Assembly: GCA_977017645.1 (NCBI GenBank)
Contig: OZ360220.1
Span: forward strand, 118,916,001-118,980,000
DNA length: 64,000 nt
Direction: 5' to 3'
Source of the DNA: Torpedo marmorata
Taxonomy: Eukaryota
Below, one piece after another: positions 62,487 to 64,000 of the stretch; positions within the stretch are counted from its first letter, which is position 1; the number at the start of each line of letters is the position of its first letter. Below the pieces are notes generated by a model. That model was not told the DNA's origin and made no database searches. It saw only the letters and a list, made by a program, of their open reading frames with translations. The position numbers and the translations under genes were made by a program.

Positions 62487-63250
62487 CAGATTTCAGATTT
62501 ATTGTCAGGGTACATACATGACATCACATACAGCTCTGAGATTCTTTTTTTCTGAGGGCGCGGCAGAATTACAACTTATTGGTGGTGCAAAAAAAACTGT
62601 ACACAGCGTATACATGTAAACAAATAAAGAATTATAAACAGATAACAAATGTAAACAAAATGACTGTGCAATAAAGAGAGAATTTTAAAAATCAATAAAG
62701 TGCAGAAGTAAGAGTCCTTAAATGAGTCCCTGATTGAGTTTGTTGTTGAGGAGTCTGATGGTGGAGGGGTAGCAGCTGTTCCTGAACCTGGTGGTGCGAG
62801 TCTTGTGGCACCTATACCTCTTTCCTAATGGCAGCAGTGAAAACAGAGCATGTACTGGGTGGTGAGAGCCTTTGATAATTGCTACTGCTCTCTGACGGCA
62901 GCGTACCCTGTTGATGTTCTCGGTGGTGGGGAGGGTTTTGCCTGTAATGTCCTGGGCTGTGTCCATTACCTTTTGCAGGGCTTTACGCTCAGGAGAATTG
63001 GTGTCCCTATACCAGACTGTGATGCAGCCGGTCAGCACATTTTCCACCACACATCTGTAGAAATTTGCCAGGGTTTCTGGTGCCATACCTAACCTCGCAA
63101 ACTCCTGAGGAATTAGAGGTGTTGACGTGTTTTCTTCCTGATGCCATTAGTGTGTTGGGTGCAGGAAAAATCCTCCGAGATAGTGACTCCCAAGAACTTA
63201 AATTTGCTCACCCTCTCCACCTCTGATCCCCCAATGATCACTGGATTGTA
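62487..63250 (-). mobile_element. Rex1-like LINE 3' fragment (third subfamily)
   Basis: ORF 62718-63086: NFYRCVVENVLTGCITVWY...RFRNSCYPSTIRLLN. Confidence 0.85.
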
Positions 63251-63289
63251 TCCAAAATTGGTATAAATAATTAATAAAACATTTAACAT

Positions 63290-63545
63290 ATCCCCTGAGT
63301 CTCTTTTTTTCTCCTTCCCTTCCCTCTCTATTCAGAGACCAACCCCACCCCCCCTCATACTATCACTTCTCAACTTTTTTTCTTCTACCCTTCCAGCGAT
63401 ATCCATCTATGTCTTCCGACATGTTAGTCTGTACTCCTCCCTCTGCCCTTTCCTCCCTCTCTCCTCCCCCACCTTTTTATTCAGGCTCTTGCCTTCTTTT
63501 TGTTCATACCTTGATGAAGGGCTATGGCCTGAAACATTGGTCTTA
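63290..63545 (+). mobile_element. Penelope 3' UTR fragment
   Basis: C/T-rich UTR ending cataccttgatgaagggctatggcctgaaacattgg. Confidence 0.7.
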
Positions 63546-63926
63546 TGGTCTTATGCAAATTGCTAAGTTATTTGTACACCAATTATTCTGTATGCATGAA
63601 CCTCATCATGATTTTTTCATACAATTTTGGTAATGACACGGTAAAAGAAAGAAGTGTGAGAATCCATTATAATCCTTCCATCCTTCCAATTTTGCAAATT
63701 CACCCAACCATCCAGGATTATATATCCAATTAAATACTTATGCAGGGCTGGAGATGAGTCAACTAATTTAAACACATCAAGCTAGCATAAATAGCTACAT
63801 GAAAATGATTTGTTGTTTGTAATTATAAAGTCATACAGTACAGAAATCATTTCTTCTATCGACATGATATAGTTTACCTGTATTACCCTGAACCCAGTAT
63901 GCTGGTGTTAATCATCTGGTTTTTTT

Positions 63927-64000
63927 TTTAGACATACAGCACGGTAACAGGCCATTTTGGCCCACGAGTCCGTGCCGCCCAATTTGCACCCAATTAACCT
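63927..64000 (-). mobile_element. V-SINE-like element tail, cut by the window end
   Basis: ttagacatacagcacggtaacaggcc... as at 48452. Confidence 0.8.

Noticed and set aside
1-64000. Nested TRIM32-like gene or any prokaryotic/viral defence system
   Set aside because: No RING/NHL ORF and no operon-like gene arrangement. The many short ORFs are transposon fragments, their antisense shadows, or chance.

Overview
Eukaryotic, transposon-saturated vertebrate DNA. The repeat inventory (HE1/V-SINE-like tRNA SINEs, CR1/HER1-like LINEs, Rex1/Babar LINEs, Penelope) points to a cartilaginous fish, probably a ray (inference). I found one host exon: 105 nt, phase 1-1, at 17729-17833 (+), encoding GGSGILRAEEDSGTEADDETHLTFYSEHRGRRRSKG. 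It resembles astrotactin-2, so the window is probably two very large astn2 introns. The rest is layered, often nested, mobile DNA: Rex1/Babar, L1 and CR1 LINEs; two full-length Mag-like Gypsy elements; an internally deleted Gypsy; a solo LTR; Penelope pieces; hAT, Tc2, Tigger-like and Chapaev3 DNA-transposon derivatives; and a processed DYNLL pseudogene. The most unusual items are: (1) a 5S-rRNA-headed SINE family whose head keeps the 5S helices by compensatory changes and whose tail is Rex1-like; (2) a minimal, dimer-dependent hammerhead-ribozyme motif with a family-wide C3U core change in Penelope termini, one of which inserted alone with a 14-bp TSD; (3) a composite hAT element of two inverted MITEs that moved with captured DNA; (4) a 174-bp inverted repeat, identical near its centre, bracketing the L1. 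No prokaryotic or CRISPR system is present. Family assignments come from remembered motifs, not database searches.
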